Shown one piece after another: positions 41,665 to 53,836 of a stretch of 64,000 nucleotides of DNA. This DNA is from the human T2T-CHM13v2.0 reference genome, Homo sapiens. The translations under genes and the position numbers were made by a program. Positions within the stretch are counted from its first letter, which is position 1. Each line of letters begins with the position of its first letter. The DNA is taken from NCBI RefSeq assembly GCF_009914755.1, contig NC_060936.1; one strand, written 5' to 3'. The notes below the pieces were generated by a model. It was not told the DNA's origin. It ran no database searches and worked only from the letters and a program-made list of their open reading frames with translations.

Positions 41665-44355
41665 AATTCATGAGTTTAGTTTTTTCTTTTTTTTGAACTG
41701 TAGTGTCAATAGGAGTTAACCACATTGCAGAATATGTAGGCTTTCAGCATCTCACTGACTTCTTCCTCGTCTGCACACTCCTTCCTCCTGGATTGCCCAT
41801 GAAACTTCAAAGTACATTCCTTTTTGATGCAGAATAACTTCATTCTTATTTCTGGAGCTTTGGTCCTAGCCCCTCTATAGGACCTAACCAGGGGAGAGGG
41901 GTGAGGTAGGGAGAGAGGGGAGCATCTCACTGAGCACTCCAGTTTGGGTAAAATACTTTTTCAGAACGAAATACTTCCCTTCCTAAGAGAGGTGGTAATG
42001 CCAACTGTGAATTATAAAGGAAATAATTTTTAAAATTATAATTATAAAGAAAAGCATAACATTTTCTCTGTTCCAAATGCATTGCCATGCTTTATTCTAT
42101 CCACCTATCTGGAATGACTACACATTTATTGTTTATTTGTGTATTATTCCCACATCGGTTTTTTGAGTGCCTGTTCCGTGCTAGGGAATGAGCTGAGGCC
42201 TGTGTATGTGGGATATGCAGGTCTGACGGAAAGGAACTGGCATTTTGGTAGCAGGCAGAAAAGTAAATAGACAAGTCAACCTAGCAAGGTTTGATGGCAG
42301 TGTCATTGGCTGTTATGGGTGCACAAAAGAGGACTATGGGATCTGGTCTTCAGAGATCAGGGGACCCTGGAAGACTGAGCTGATGTTGAAAGATGAGCAG
42401 GAGTTAGCCAGGTGAAGGAGGAGGGAAAGGGAGTGCCATGTAGATTGAGGAGCATGCGCAATGGATAACATGAGACCTGAAGAACATTTCAAAGGGAATC
42501 AGCCATAGGATCTGCTTGGGTGGCCTGCTGGGGATGATGGCAAAGGTGCATCCTGTGAAAGCCGAGCCCTTCTGACTGCACTTCTGCCTTGCAGGTAAAG
42601 GCCCATGAAGATTACTTGTGGCATTTCCTCAACAAAGCCTTAACCCTTGGTATCAAGAGCTTTACTTTTCTCATTTTCCCATTCAATTGCTATACTTCTG
42701 CTTCCTGCTGTCTTGGCAGTACACAAGGAAATGGAAACAATATGAATAGGTTCTTGTGAGATCTCATCTCTAAGTTAATGATAACCAGGACTTTGGGTTG
42801 TGGGTTTATCCCAGGTGGAGCTCCTCTATCATTCTCTTTTCTGATGACTTGAAGTTGAGTAGATCTAGGTTCCTATCTCAGTTCTACCATTTCCAGGTGT
42901 CTGACATTAGGCAAAATATTTAAGTCCTTTGAATATCAGTTTCCTTATCAATAAAATGAAGATAGGATAGTACCCATCTTACAGAGTTGTGATGATGTGA
43001 GCTAATGCTGGGTGCAGCAAAAGTATTCAGCAAAGTGGCTTTTGTCCTAGTCTGTATTGAGAATTTAAAATCCCACTCACTGAATAGAGAGATGGTGGCT
43101 ATAGAATTTTGTGCCTATGTGGGGAAAAAATGGTTGAGAATTGAGTAAATGTGAGAGGGGATGAAGACAATCCTCTGGGAGACACTAGGTTTCACCCTCT
43201 CTTTTTATCGCTAAAATAAGAAAATAATAAAGGAAGTTGCCAGACCTGAGTGTCTTCCACTGCAAAATAAGGGTTGGATTAAGTGATGTTTTAAGACTAT
43301 TTAAATCTTCTAGCACTTCATTCATTCTGGGTGTTGGAGTAATTGCTAATCAAGGGTTATCAGTTATAAAGGTACAGGACTTCTAAATTATGGTTATGTA
43401 TTAGAGCCCCTAGGAAGCTTTGAAAAAATCCTGATGTGTGGGTTCCACTCCAGACATATAAAGTCAGAATCACTAGTGAGTGGTCACTGGACAAGGTGGG
43501 GCAGCCAGAGTTGAGGGTTACACTAGTGGCTAGAGTAGGAGTTTTGTCTTTGATTTCAGCTTACAGCATCATTTATAATGGTAAGTCACCAAAGTTGGAG
43601 AATTAGATGTCAACAGTTAATATTACAGCTCTTTTTGTTTGTTTAAAAACTTGTTTTTCTCCTTTAGTGAATAATTAAGCTTTTTAGAGATGTATATAAT
43701 TGCTGGCCTTTGAATTTCCTCTACCAAAATATTCATAGCTTAAAGATGTATGTTGCCAATTATATTTTTAATTAGAATGGAAATGTGTTTAAAGCTCTTG
43801 CACAGAAATGTGTACTAAATCTGTTTTAGAGAAACTTACTTGTAAAGCTTTTTTTTTCTTTTTAGCCAATTCCAACTCAGGCTTTGGCCTCTATTCAAGA
43901 GAAGCCACTACAATGAAATATTTTCTGACACTGTGTGTAAATAGCTGTCCTGGATGTGTGTGTTCTTATTTATGTCAGAGTTCCTAAAAACTGCCACAAA
44001 TAAAACCTGTTTTTTTTTTTTCAATGAAAAACATTCAAAATGGAAGAGGGAGGCATGTCATGTTGACCCAAAAATAGCATGAGCATAATGAGCCCAACAT
44101 GGGAGAGGCTTTGAAGGCTCAAATCTTAATGGGAAATACTTGTGGATTTTACTTCACTATAATTGTAGGACAAAACATAATCGTATTTTAGCATGACAAA
44201 TTCTTAATGTGTACTTATTGAACTTCAGTGTGTGGTCTGTTAAAAAGAATTTCATAGGAGACATTTCATAAATCTTATGTGCATATATATATATAATTTT
44301 TAGAGAGATAATAGCTATACAACTTGTTTAGTAGCTTGCTTTTTTCACTTATTAA

Positions 44356-44484
44356 CCCGTTTATGCCTGAGGTTGCAAATTTTTGAATTTTTGCAATCAG
44401 ACCTTGGTGATGAACTTGAGCAGTAGGATATAAATAACTCCCACATGCTTAGCATTCCAATAGTGGAAGACGAGGCATAAATGG
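44356..44484 (-). mobile_element. MER85 piggyBac MITE (inside an L1ME remnant, about 44280-44820)
   Basis: TTAA-CCCGTTTATGCCTGAGGTTGCAA...CAGTAGGATATAAATAACTCCCACATGCTTAGC...GGCATAAATGG matches MER85; the second TTAA is missing. Confidence 0.9.
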
Positions 44485-45172
44485 CTACCATAAGATAGAC
44501 ATTCATCCTTATCCAAACCTGTAATCTCTGTCATCATTTTAATGACTGCATAATAGTTCTCATTATGGATATAGCAGAATTTATTTAACCAATCATTTAT
44601 TTCTAGACATTTAGGTTGTTTCAAACTTCTCCTGTACTAAACAATGCTGCAATGAATATCCTTGTTCATATCTGTTCTTGTCTTTGTACAATAATTTTTA
44701 AGGATGAATTCATATAAGTGGAATTACTGGGTCAAGTAATGGTCATAATTTCAAGGATTTTGATACATATTACCAAATTATATTAAAAGCTGTATCAATT
44801 TACACTCCTACTGGAATAGTTATTTCTTTTTAACTTTTTAATTTTTAATTTTTATGGCTGCATAGTGGAACAGTTATTTCTTGTTCAGAAAATTCTTTTC
44901 AGCAATACAGGGTTGTCATCTGCAGAGTAATTTGAAATCCAAAGTAAAAATCTCCCCGTATAACTCAGCAAATAACTTCCAAATGCCCCAAGCTCATTCT
45001 GCAAGGTAAAATGCTAGAGGAAGCTAAACACATATTCAAGCAACAAGAGTGGAGGCCAGGGGGATGAAGAGGAGAAAGAGGTTGTTGACAATGAACTTAG
45101 AAGAAATCAGTACTTTTTACTTGCTCTTATCTTACCCAACCTCTGGAAAAAAATGAGCATCCTCCTTAAATT

Positions 45173-45276
45173 CCCAGTGGAATTTTAAGTGGGATTTCTA
45201 GTTTTCTCTTGTTTTTTGACATTTAGTTGGTCGAAAAGAAGGGAAAACTAGAAATTCTACTTAAAATTCCACCGGG
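45173..45276. repeat. 104-bp imperfect inverted repeat/hairpin
   Basis: 45173-45210 vs 45239-45276: 34/38 Watson-Crick pairs, plus an inner stem ttttgac/gtcgaaa. Confidence 0.9.
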
Positions 45277-46421
45277 TCTTATATTTGAGATTGGCAGCAC
45301 TGAGGCATTCCAGATGGCTTTGTCCATTCTTTTGAACCTACCTTTTGATCTTATTTAAATTTCCTCCCCATTTCACCTGTTGTGGGTTTATTGCCTGGAA
45401 AACAAGCAGGTGAACATATTAGCTCCTTCTTAAGGCACCTCTAGACTACAGGAAATTTATGTTCAGGCCAGGAATCATATAACATGACTACATGCTCCAC
45501 ATTTATGGGCAAGTTAAGCAACAGGGAATTTTATACTGGGATTTATGACGCAAACTTGTAGCAGGCACATTGTGAGGTGGGAGGGAAATTTAAAGAAGGA
45601 AAAACTCTGCCAATAAGAGAGATTCAAATTCTTCAATTGATGGAAAAAACATGTGAGGATTTTATTCTGGAAGTTGCCTGTGAATTCACACAAGAGACAG
45701 GAAAACATAAATATTACAGCCGATCACTCCTCTTTCCCACATATATTAGTTTTCTTTCAGATGAAGTCATTTCTGTTTTCTGGTCAATCAGTGTACAGAC
45801 CGGAATTATCTAAGAACATTTAATTAGATGCTTTAGCAACATTTATCCCCATTAATTCCAGGATAGAGGGAAGAAGAAAAGAGAAGCATGTGTTGAGTTG
45901 AGAGGGCAAGGCTTCTACATTCCCTAAAAAACTGACCTACACCTTGTGTATCCATCCTTATAGCCCATAAAAGCCAGCACAGAGGAGAGCACCAGCTGGA
46001 ATCATTCAGTGAAGGCAATGGCTTTCAAAGACAGAGCTAGCGGCAGGTGGAATATAGATTAGGAGTCCTTTTATACTTCAAATAGTACTTGTTTTCAGTG
46101 TGAAGCAATGTGGTTCTCATATAGTCAATAAAGAGCAAATTCAGGGTATTTGCCCTTTGGCTAGTGAGGCTGATGACTTGTGGTAACTCCAGCATCACAC
46201 CATCACCCGGGGAGTGCAGAGAACATTGGACTAAAATGCTGGAGGGTCTGGGTCCTGGCTTGGCAGAGCTGATTCTTCAGACTCATGCTGAGATCCATGG
46301 GCACACAGCGTAATGGCCAGGACAATTCTGAATGATTCTTGGGCTGCTGGTACAGTGGGTGCTTGGAAAATGGTTTCTCCAAGCTTGATTGGCTTTTCTC
46401 TGATCCTTATCATTTGGTCAG

Positions 46422-46747
46422 TGTCTTAGTCTGTTCAGGCTGCTATAACAACGTATCATAAACTGGGTGGTTTATAAACTTGTTTCCCACAGTTCTGGAG
46501 GCTGGGGAGTGGAAGATCAAGGTGCTGGCAGATTCATTGTCTAGTGAGGACTTACTTTCTGGTTCATACAAGGTAGCTTTTTGCTGTGTGCTCACACGGT
46601 GGAAGGGGTGAGGGGTCTCTCTGGGGCGTCTTTTATAAGGGCATGAGTCACAGTCACCTCCCCAAATCCTCACCTCCTAATTACTGTCGACTTGGGGGTC
46701 AGGGTTTCAATATGTGAATTTTGAGGGGGCACATTCAGACCAGAGGA
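46422..46747 (-). mobile_element. MLT1A0-like MaLR LTR
   Basis: tgtcttagtctgttcaggctgctataaca start; perfect 5-bp TSD GTCAG. Confidence 0.9.
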
Positions 46748-47352
46748 GTCAGCTATACTACATTGGGTGGACAGGCTATGTGTGATCCAGGGGAGTTTGA
46801 GTAAATGATCTCAGTTAGGAGTTACAGTTACTTGCCTAGAAGTTATAGTTATTCCCATTCTAAATGTAGATAGGTTTGGTGGGGGGAACGATAAAAGAGA
46901 AGGGTCTTGGGATTCTAGGAATGACCAACAAGAGTCCACTGCTGGGAAAGATCGGATCATATGCTCCCTGAGGGGAGGCTTTGCTGATTTTGTTCTTCAC
47001 TCTTCTCCCAGTGGCACATAGTAGGAGCTTAATAAATATATCATGTTGCCCAAGACTAACAGGAATGGTGGGAAGTGACACCACTAGTTGTGACAATAGC
47101 AAAGCTTTAACGTTCTCCAAAGAGACTAGCTTACGGGTTTAGGAATATGCAAAATGGCCCCAATATTAATTTCTACTTTTCTTCTGCACATGCACTATGG
47201 GCTGGAATGGGCCAGGGGTTTGCTTGTTTAAGATTACTTGACACATTATTGCTGAGGAATACAAATTCAGAGCCCGGGCTTTGTTTCATACTCCTTGTTA
47301 AATACAAAATAAGGAGTCGGATCCTAACTGAAGAGGAAACGCATGTCATAGA

Positions 47353-47529
47353 GCAGTGGTTATCAGAAATGATCGTGTGTCAGTCTGAGTGTGAAACACA
47401 GATGGCTAGGCCCCAACCCCAGAGTTTCTGACCCAGTGGGTTTGGGGTAGGGCTGAGAAGGTGCAGTTCTAATAAGTTCCCAGGTGATGCTGATACAGCT
47501 CCTTTAAGACCAAACTTTGAGAGCCAATG
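47353..47529. mobile_element. MER5A (hAT MITE)
   Basis: cagtggtt...ccccagagtttctgac...ttctaataagttcccaggtgatgctgat...actttgagagcca. Confidence 0.8.
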
Positions 47530-48119
47530 GAAAAGAGGAAAACGCACTCATATTGGAATGAGACGAAGCTGGACTCCTATCTTACTTGCTATGTGATTTT
47601 GGTCAGGTCAACTTTGCTTAGCTTCAGCTTTCTCATCTGCAAAATGGTGATGATATCTACCTCATGAGGCTATTGTGCGGGTTAAATGAAGTAAAGTGAG
47701 TAACGGTGGCTGGTCCATGGTAGTCACTCACTCCAGTGATGTAAGATCTTCTTCCCTTACTCCTTTTGTGGGATACTCATACAATGCAAGGCTTGTTTAA
47801 GGATTAACATCTGTGTGAACTGAGCTTCTGCTGTATTAATTTCACATTGCCACTTATATATGTCCTGAGGTTTTTGCTTTTATTGAACATTTACTATGTG
47901 AATGGCATTGTGTGAAATAACTTTTACATTTTATATAACATTAGATATTATTCCTTTTTAACAGATGAGGATAGTAACTTGCATATGAGCCTACAGCTAG
48001 TAAGTGGCAGAGCTGAGTATTCAAACCAAGGTCCACTCCACACCAACACTCTTGACTTCTTTGTTATAATGGTTCCCATGATTCTCTGTGAACAGAAAAT
48101 GTCAGATTATTATGTTGTT

Positions 48120-48437
<318 letters not shown>

Positions 48438-48639
48438 TAGTCACTCACATTGAGGAAACTAAGCAATTATCCTGAGAATGTGAACGAAAAGGTATGGGGA
48501 TTTGTATGTATCTTTAAGTCAAGGACTCTGTCTTACTCATCTCACCATGCTATCTTGTGTGGAGAGGAGCTCTATATTTGTGAAATTAACAAATGAATGA
48601 AAAGCTCATATCAAATGACATCCTCACCTGCCTTAATAA

Positions 48640-49164
48640 GAGAAGAAAGAAAGATCCCTTGGAAGAGATCCAAGTGGGCTCCTGAAAGTCAAAGAGAGAA
48701 AAAGAAGGCAGCCAAAAAAAACAAAAAAACAAAAAAACAAAAGGCCTTTAACCTTGATCCTATGACTTTATAGGTTCCCTCTTTCCCATGATTCTTTCCT
48801 TAGGGTGGGCTTGCCTGGGCAGTGCTTTCCCTACCCTTTGCAATTGAGCACGAACAGCCTGTTTTGGGAGTTACACGCATGCCCATCTGAGGCTTTTTCA
48901 AGTGGCCTCTGCCCCTGGAACGTCATCCTTCGCCATTTTGTCTCTTAACACGCATGCCCAAGAAGCTGCTTCTCCCTGGGGTCTGCATTCAGTTAACACT
49001 TTTAGTGTTAACAGGTGTGGACCATCAAGAGCTTGTCTCTCCCTGGCTGCCGAATTATCATTTTTAGAGAGGCAATGTGATGATTGCCAAACCATCATCC
49101 TGCATTTCTAGTGGGTAGGGGGAAGAGCCCTCTCCTGCCTGCTCATGCGTAACTACCTGTAACA
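48640..49164 (-). mobile_element. ERV1 LTR (MER50-like)
   Basis: Reverse complement starts tgttacaggtagtta...catgagcaggcaggagagggc; left boundary approximate. Confidence 0.7.
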
Positions 49165-49954
49165 GATTCACACTCACGGTTTGATTTACTAGAATACTTT
49201 GGAAAAGCAAACCAGGAACCCCTTCTATATTAGGACCCTTTGTGAATACTCGCAGGCAAAGGCACATCAGGACCCATTTTGAACACTCGCAGGCAAAGTT
49301 ACTTTCGGATGACCTTGAGCCCTTCCATACTTGAATCTCGTGCCCCCAGGGAAGTAGTCCTTAACCTCTTTTTTTTCAGTCAGTTGCTTACCCCATGATC
49401 CCTTGCTTCTTCCATAAGAAAGGCCTAGCATTTCTTTTCTTTCAGAAAATAAAATTTCTCTGAGCAAGGAAGGCCACAGGGCTGGCCCGTCAGGGATGGA
49501 AGGGTGAAAACAGAAGGCTTATGTCAGGGCTCTGATTTGGCAATCATCTGGAAGATACATGTCAAATTGCCCACTCCTGCTCACTGGCATTCCTGAGGCA
49601 GAGTGACTGCCCCATGGGATTGGCTGAGAATAGCAATAAGGGTGTAGTACAGGCAGGTGGGTTACGAATGCTGACAAGGTGGTGGCTTTATGCTGTTTTT
49701 CTTATGTGCCCTGTAGGGCTCTGCTTCCTACCTTGGAGCAGACTCACTCTCAATATTTTTGTCCACACAGGTGTTCCAAGGACAAATTTTAGTTATGCCA
49801 CAAGTATCTGAGAAAATAATGGAAAAAATTTTTCCAAAACCCAGCTATTTCCAATAAGTAACATTTAGTCAATAAGTACCAGTTAATTGTACCAGTTAAT
49901 TACTCCACATGTCTGCTCTGAATGGTGGCACCTGTTAACTTATCTGTTGTTAAA

Positions 49955-50134
49955 TATTATGGCTATAATATTTAATATTCAATAAAAATACATAACATAA
50001 TATATCAAATATATGTTATATTTAATATATTGTTATATTATTAAATATAATATGTTAAATTTAATATATTGTTATATTATTCAATATAATATGTTTAATT
50101 TAATATATTATTACCATAATATATTATGGTAATA
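49955..50134. repeat. AT-rich minisatellite (39-bp unit x2.5) ending in a 26-bp perfect palindrome
   Basis: Units start at 50011, 50050 and 50089; TATTACCATAATATATTATGGTAATA at 50109-50134. Confidence 0.9.
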
Positions 50135-51094
50135 GAAGTTATTAAAGCAATTTTATTTCTATACCTTGCAAGATCAGTGGGCCAGTGACATGGCATGATT
50201 TCCTCATATTGTGCCTGCATTGTATTGCCTGTTTGATACTGGGCAGGCAAGAATGGGTTGGATGGTGGTTACTCTTGAGTAACTGGACTCAGAAGAATGT
50301 CTGATGGTGGGACATACGACACAAAATTTGCACAAAAGGAAAAACTGTTTAAGCTCAGATTCCAATCAGAACATGACTCTCCTTCCTTGCATTCTTCTCC
50401 CATTTTTCTCTCCCACCTCCAGGTCACAGCAGCAATGCAAAGAAGGCAGACACAGAATACTCAGCTTATAGAGAAAATCCATTGCCTGGGTAACACATAA
50501 GGCAGGCAGCCAGTATTTCAGGGGATATTGGAGAAAAATTATTTTCTATTGAAATTGGTTGGTAAAGATGATTCTTAAATTGCACTTTGATTGATTGCAT
50601 TGCACATGAAGAGATTAAGAATACTTTAAAATAATTGAAAGAACCTTGATTCAAAGACATACCCATCTCAGCACAGGCTGGCACAGGAGAAGCACACTGT
50701 GTGGCATAGTATGAGATCATCAGAAGCTGGAGGAAGAGGAACTCAGGCCACATCTGCCTCAAACTCTAGTTTCATCTTGCTAAGCTGCTTATCTGACCAT
50801 AACAACAATGCTAGCTCCATGCACTGTGGCACTGAGTACAGCAGAGATGAAATATTGAACATGGTATTCAGACTAACTGGAGTAAGCAGAGTGACATCCT
50901 TTTCTCTTTTTAATAGAAGTGAATGCAAAATGGGAATGAGAACCATTGTCATGTAAATAAAAAGTAAATACGTTTATTTCTCAAAAGCAAGACACATTTC
51001 CCTGAGAATACAAGAGAAGAAAATGGCATATCCAAATGTGTACTTTCATACTTAACTATTCACATATATAAGGCAATTAATTGCTCCTGAGTTA

Positions 51095-51491
51095 CAGTCA
51101 TGTATCACTTAATCATGAGGATATATTCTACACTTGATCTTAGCCAAAAGGCTGAGAAGCGATAATGATGAAGATATCTTCTAAGAAATGTATTGTTAGG
51201 TGATTTTGTCATTGTGGAAATATCACAGAGTGCACTTACACAAACCTAGATGGTACAGACTACTACACATTCAGGCTATATGGTATAGCCTATTGCTCCT
51301 CGGCTACAAACCTGTACAGCAGGTTATTGTACTGAATGCTGTAGACAATTGTAACACATTGGTAAATATTTGTGTGTCTAAACATATCTAAGTATAGAAA
51401 AGGTACAGTAAAAATATGGTATTATAATCTTACAGGACCACTGTTGTATTTGGGGTCCGTCACTGAAACATCATCATGTGGCACATGATAG
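51095..51491 (+). mobile_element. Tigger3a/MER7A, interrupted by a U2 fragment
   Basis: TA-cagtcatg start; body homologous to 8411-8740. Confidence 0.88.
51128..51163 (-). pseudogene. U2 snRNA 5' fragment (nt 1-36), tailless retropseudogene
   Basis: Reverse complement ATCGCTTCTCAGCCTTTTGGCTAAGATCAAGTGTAG is 35/36 identical to the U2 5' end; 20-bp TSD (17/20) at 51111-51130 and 51164-51183. Confidence 0.93.
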
Positions 51492-51535
51492 ACGTATTTT
51501 CTTGGGGGTTCTGTCAAATCACAGCATGGCTTCAG

Positions 51536-51758
51536 TTTTTTTTTGTTTTTTTTTTTTTTTTAGGACAGGGTCTCACTCTGTTGCCCAGGCTGGAGTGCAA
51601 TGGCATAATCACGGTTCTCTGCAGCGTCAGCCTCCCTGGGCTCAGGTGATCCTCTCACCTCAGCCTCCAGAGTACCTGGGACTACAGGTGCATGGCACCA
51701 CACCCAGCTAATTTTTGTATTTTTTTGTAGAGATGGGATTTCACCATGTTGCCCAGGC
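51536..51758 (-). mobile_element. AluJ, 5'-truncated
   Basis: Right arm and partial left arm; TSD-like atggcttca on both sides. Confidence 0.88.
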
Positions 51759-52075
51759 TTATGGCTTCAATTCTTAATAGACATTTGGAAGCAAAACACA
51801 AAATCATAGTATGTTAAATATTTTTTCAGTTTAACTCAGCATGTGTTAATTGGACAGTTATATATCTGAAATTATATTAGATGCTGGGATATGAAGATGA
51901 TTGATAAAAACCACATGTCAAGACCCCTTTTCATGATCAAGGTAGCTTATTAAGGGGTGTGTGTGTATACTTCTGTTAGTTTGTGTGTGTGAATAGAAAC
52001 AGGAGTGGAAGAAAACTTTTTTTTTTAAAAGAAAGTATTCAGTTCCCTGATTTTAAAAAGATTAGGAAAAAAAGC

Positions 52076-52344
52076 AGCTAGGCACAATGGCTCATGTCTG
52101 TAATCCTACCACTTTGGGAGGCTGAGGTGGGTGGATCATGAAGTCAAGATATTGAGACCATCCTGGCCAACATGGTGAAACCCCATCTCTGCTAAAAATA
52201 CAAAAAAAAATTAGCTGGGCGTGGTGGCGGGCACCTGTAGTCCCAGCTACTCAGGAGTCTGAGGCAGGAGAATGGCTTGAACACGGGAGGCGGAGATTGC
52301 AGTGAGCCAAGATCACACCACTGCACTCCAGTCTGGCGACAGAG
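52076..52344 (+). mobile_element. AluS lacking its 3' end and A tail
   Basis: Dimer stops at ...gcgacagag and abuts L1 ORF2 sequence. Confidence 0.92.
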
Positions 52345-53504
52345 ATGATGTCTTTTGCTTTGCAGAAGCTTTTTAGTTTCAGTAGGTCCCATTTATCCAT
52401 TTTGGTTTTTGTTGCCTTTGTTTTTGGGTTCTTTTTCATGAATTTTTTGCCTAAGCCAATGTCCAGAAGAGTTTGTAACGTTATCTTCTAGAATTTTTAT
52501 GGTTTCAGGTCCTAGATTTAAATCTTTGGTCTATCTTGAGTTAATTTTTGTATAAGATGAAGATGGGTATCCAGTTTCATTCTTCTACATGTGGCTTGCC
52601 CTATTTATTGTATAGGGTGTCCTCTCCCCTATTTATGTTTTTGTATGCTATGTTGAAGATCAACTGGTTGTATTTGGTTTTATTTCCGAGTTCTCTATTC
52701 TGTTCCATTGGTCTACATGCCTATTTTTATACCAGTACCATGCTGTTTTGGTAAATACAGCCAGCCTATAGCCTGGTAGTATAATTTGAAGTTGGGTAAT
52801 GTGATGCCTCCAGATTCATTACTTTTGCTTAGAATTGCTTTGACTATGTGGGCTCTTTTTTGATTCCATACGTATTTTAGGATTGTTTTTTCTAGTTCTA
52901 TGAAGAATGATGATGGTATTTTGATGGGAATTGCATTGAATTTGTAGATTGCTTTGGGCAGTATAGTCATTTTCACAATACTGATTCTACCCATCCATGA
53001 GCATGGGATGTGTTTCCATTTTTTTGTGTAATCTATGATTTATTTCAGCAGTGTTTTGCAGTTTTCCTTGTAGAGGTCTTTCACCTCCTTGGTTAAATAT
53101 ATTCCTAGGTATTTTATTTTTTTTATAGTTGTTATAAAAGGGATTAAGTTCTCAGCTTGGTCATTGTTGATGTATAGCAGTGCTACTGATTTGTGTACAT
53201 TGATTTTGTAACCTGAGACTACTGAATTCATTTATCAGATCTAGGGGCTTTTTGGATGAGTCTATAGGGCTTTCCAGGTATATGGTTATATCATTGCTGA
53301 ACAGTGACAGTTTGACTTTCTTTTTTTTCCAATTTGGATGCCCTTCATTTATTTCTCTTGTGATTGCTCTGTCTAGGATTTCCAGTACTATGTCGAATAG
53401 AAGTGGTGAAAGTGGGTATCCTTGTCTTGTTCTAGTTGTTACAGGGAATGCTTTAAACATTTCCCCATTCGGTATGATATTGGCTGTGGGTATGTCATAT
53501 ATGG

Positions 53505-53836
53505 CAGGGGTCCCCAACCGCCAGGCTGCAGACCGTACTGGTCCATGGCCTGTTAGTAACTGGGCCTCGCGGCAGGAGGTGAGTGGCTGGTGAGCAGGCA
53601 TTACCACCTGAGCTCTGCCTCCTGTCAGATCAGTGGTAGCATTAGATTCTCATAGGAGCATGAACCGTATTGTGAACTGCGCATGTGAGGGATCTAGGCT
53701 GCGCAATCCTTATGAGAATCTAACTAATGCCCAGTGATCTGAGGTGGAACAGTTTCATCCTGAAACTCCCACCCCACCTCACAAAACAGTCTCCCACAAA
53801 ACCAGTCTCTAGTGCCGAAAAGGTTGGGGACTGCTG
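53505..53836. mobile_element. MER1B (hAT-Charlie MITE) inserted in L1 ORF2
   Basis: TIRs caggggtccccaacc / ggttggggactgctg; 8-bp TSD atatatgg / atatacag. Confidence 0.9.

Noticed and set aside
45577-45813. Protein-like ORF (GGKFKEGKTLPIREIQILQLMEK...)
   Set aside because: No recognisable homologue, GTG start, no convincing splice sites or poly(A)/TSD; a BLASTX hit would reopen it
49232-49298. Repeat-spacer-repeat resembling CRISPR
   Set aside because: Only two copies with a 7-nt spacer, eukaryotic DNA, no cas genes
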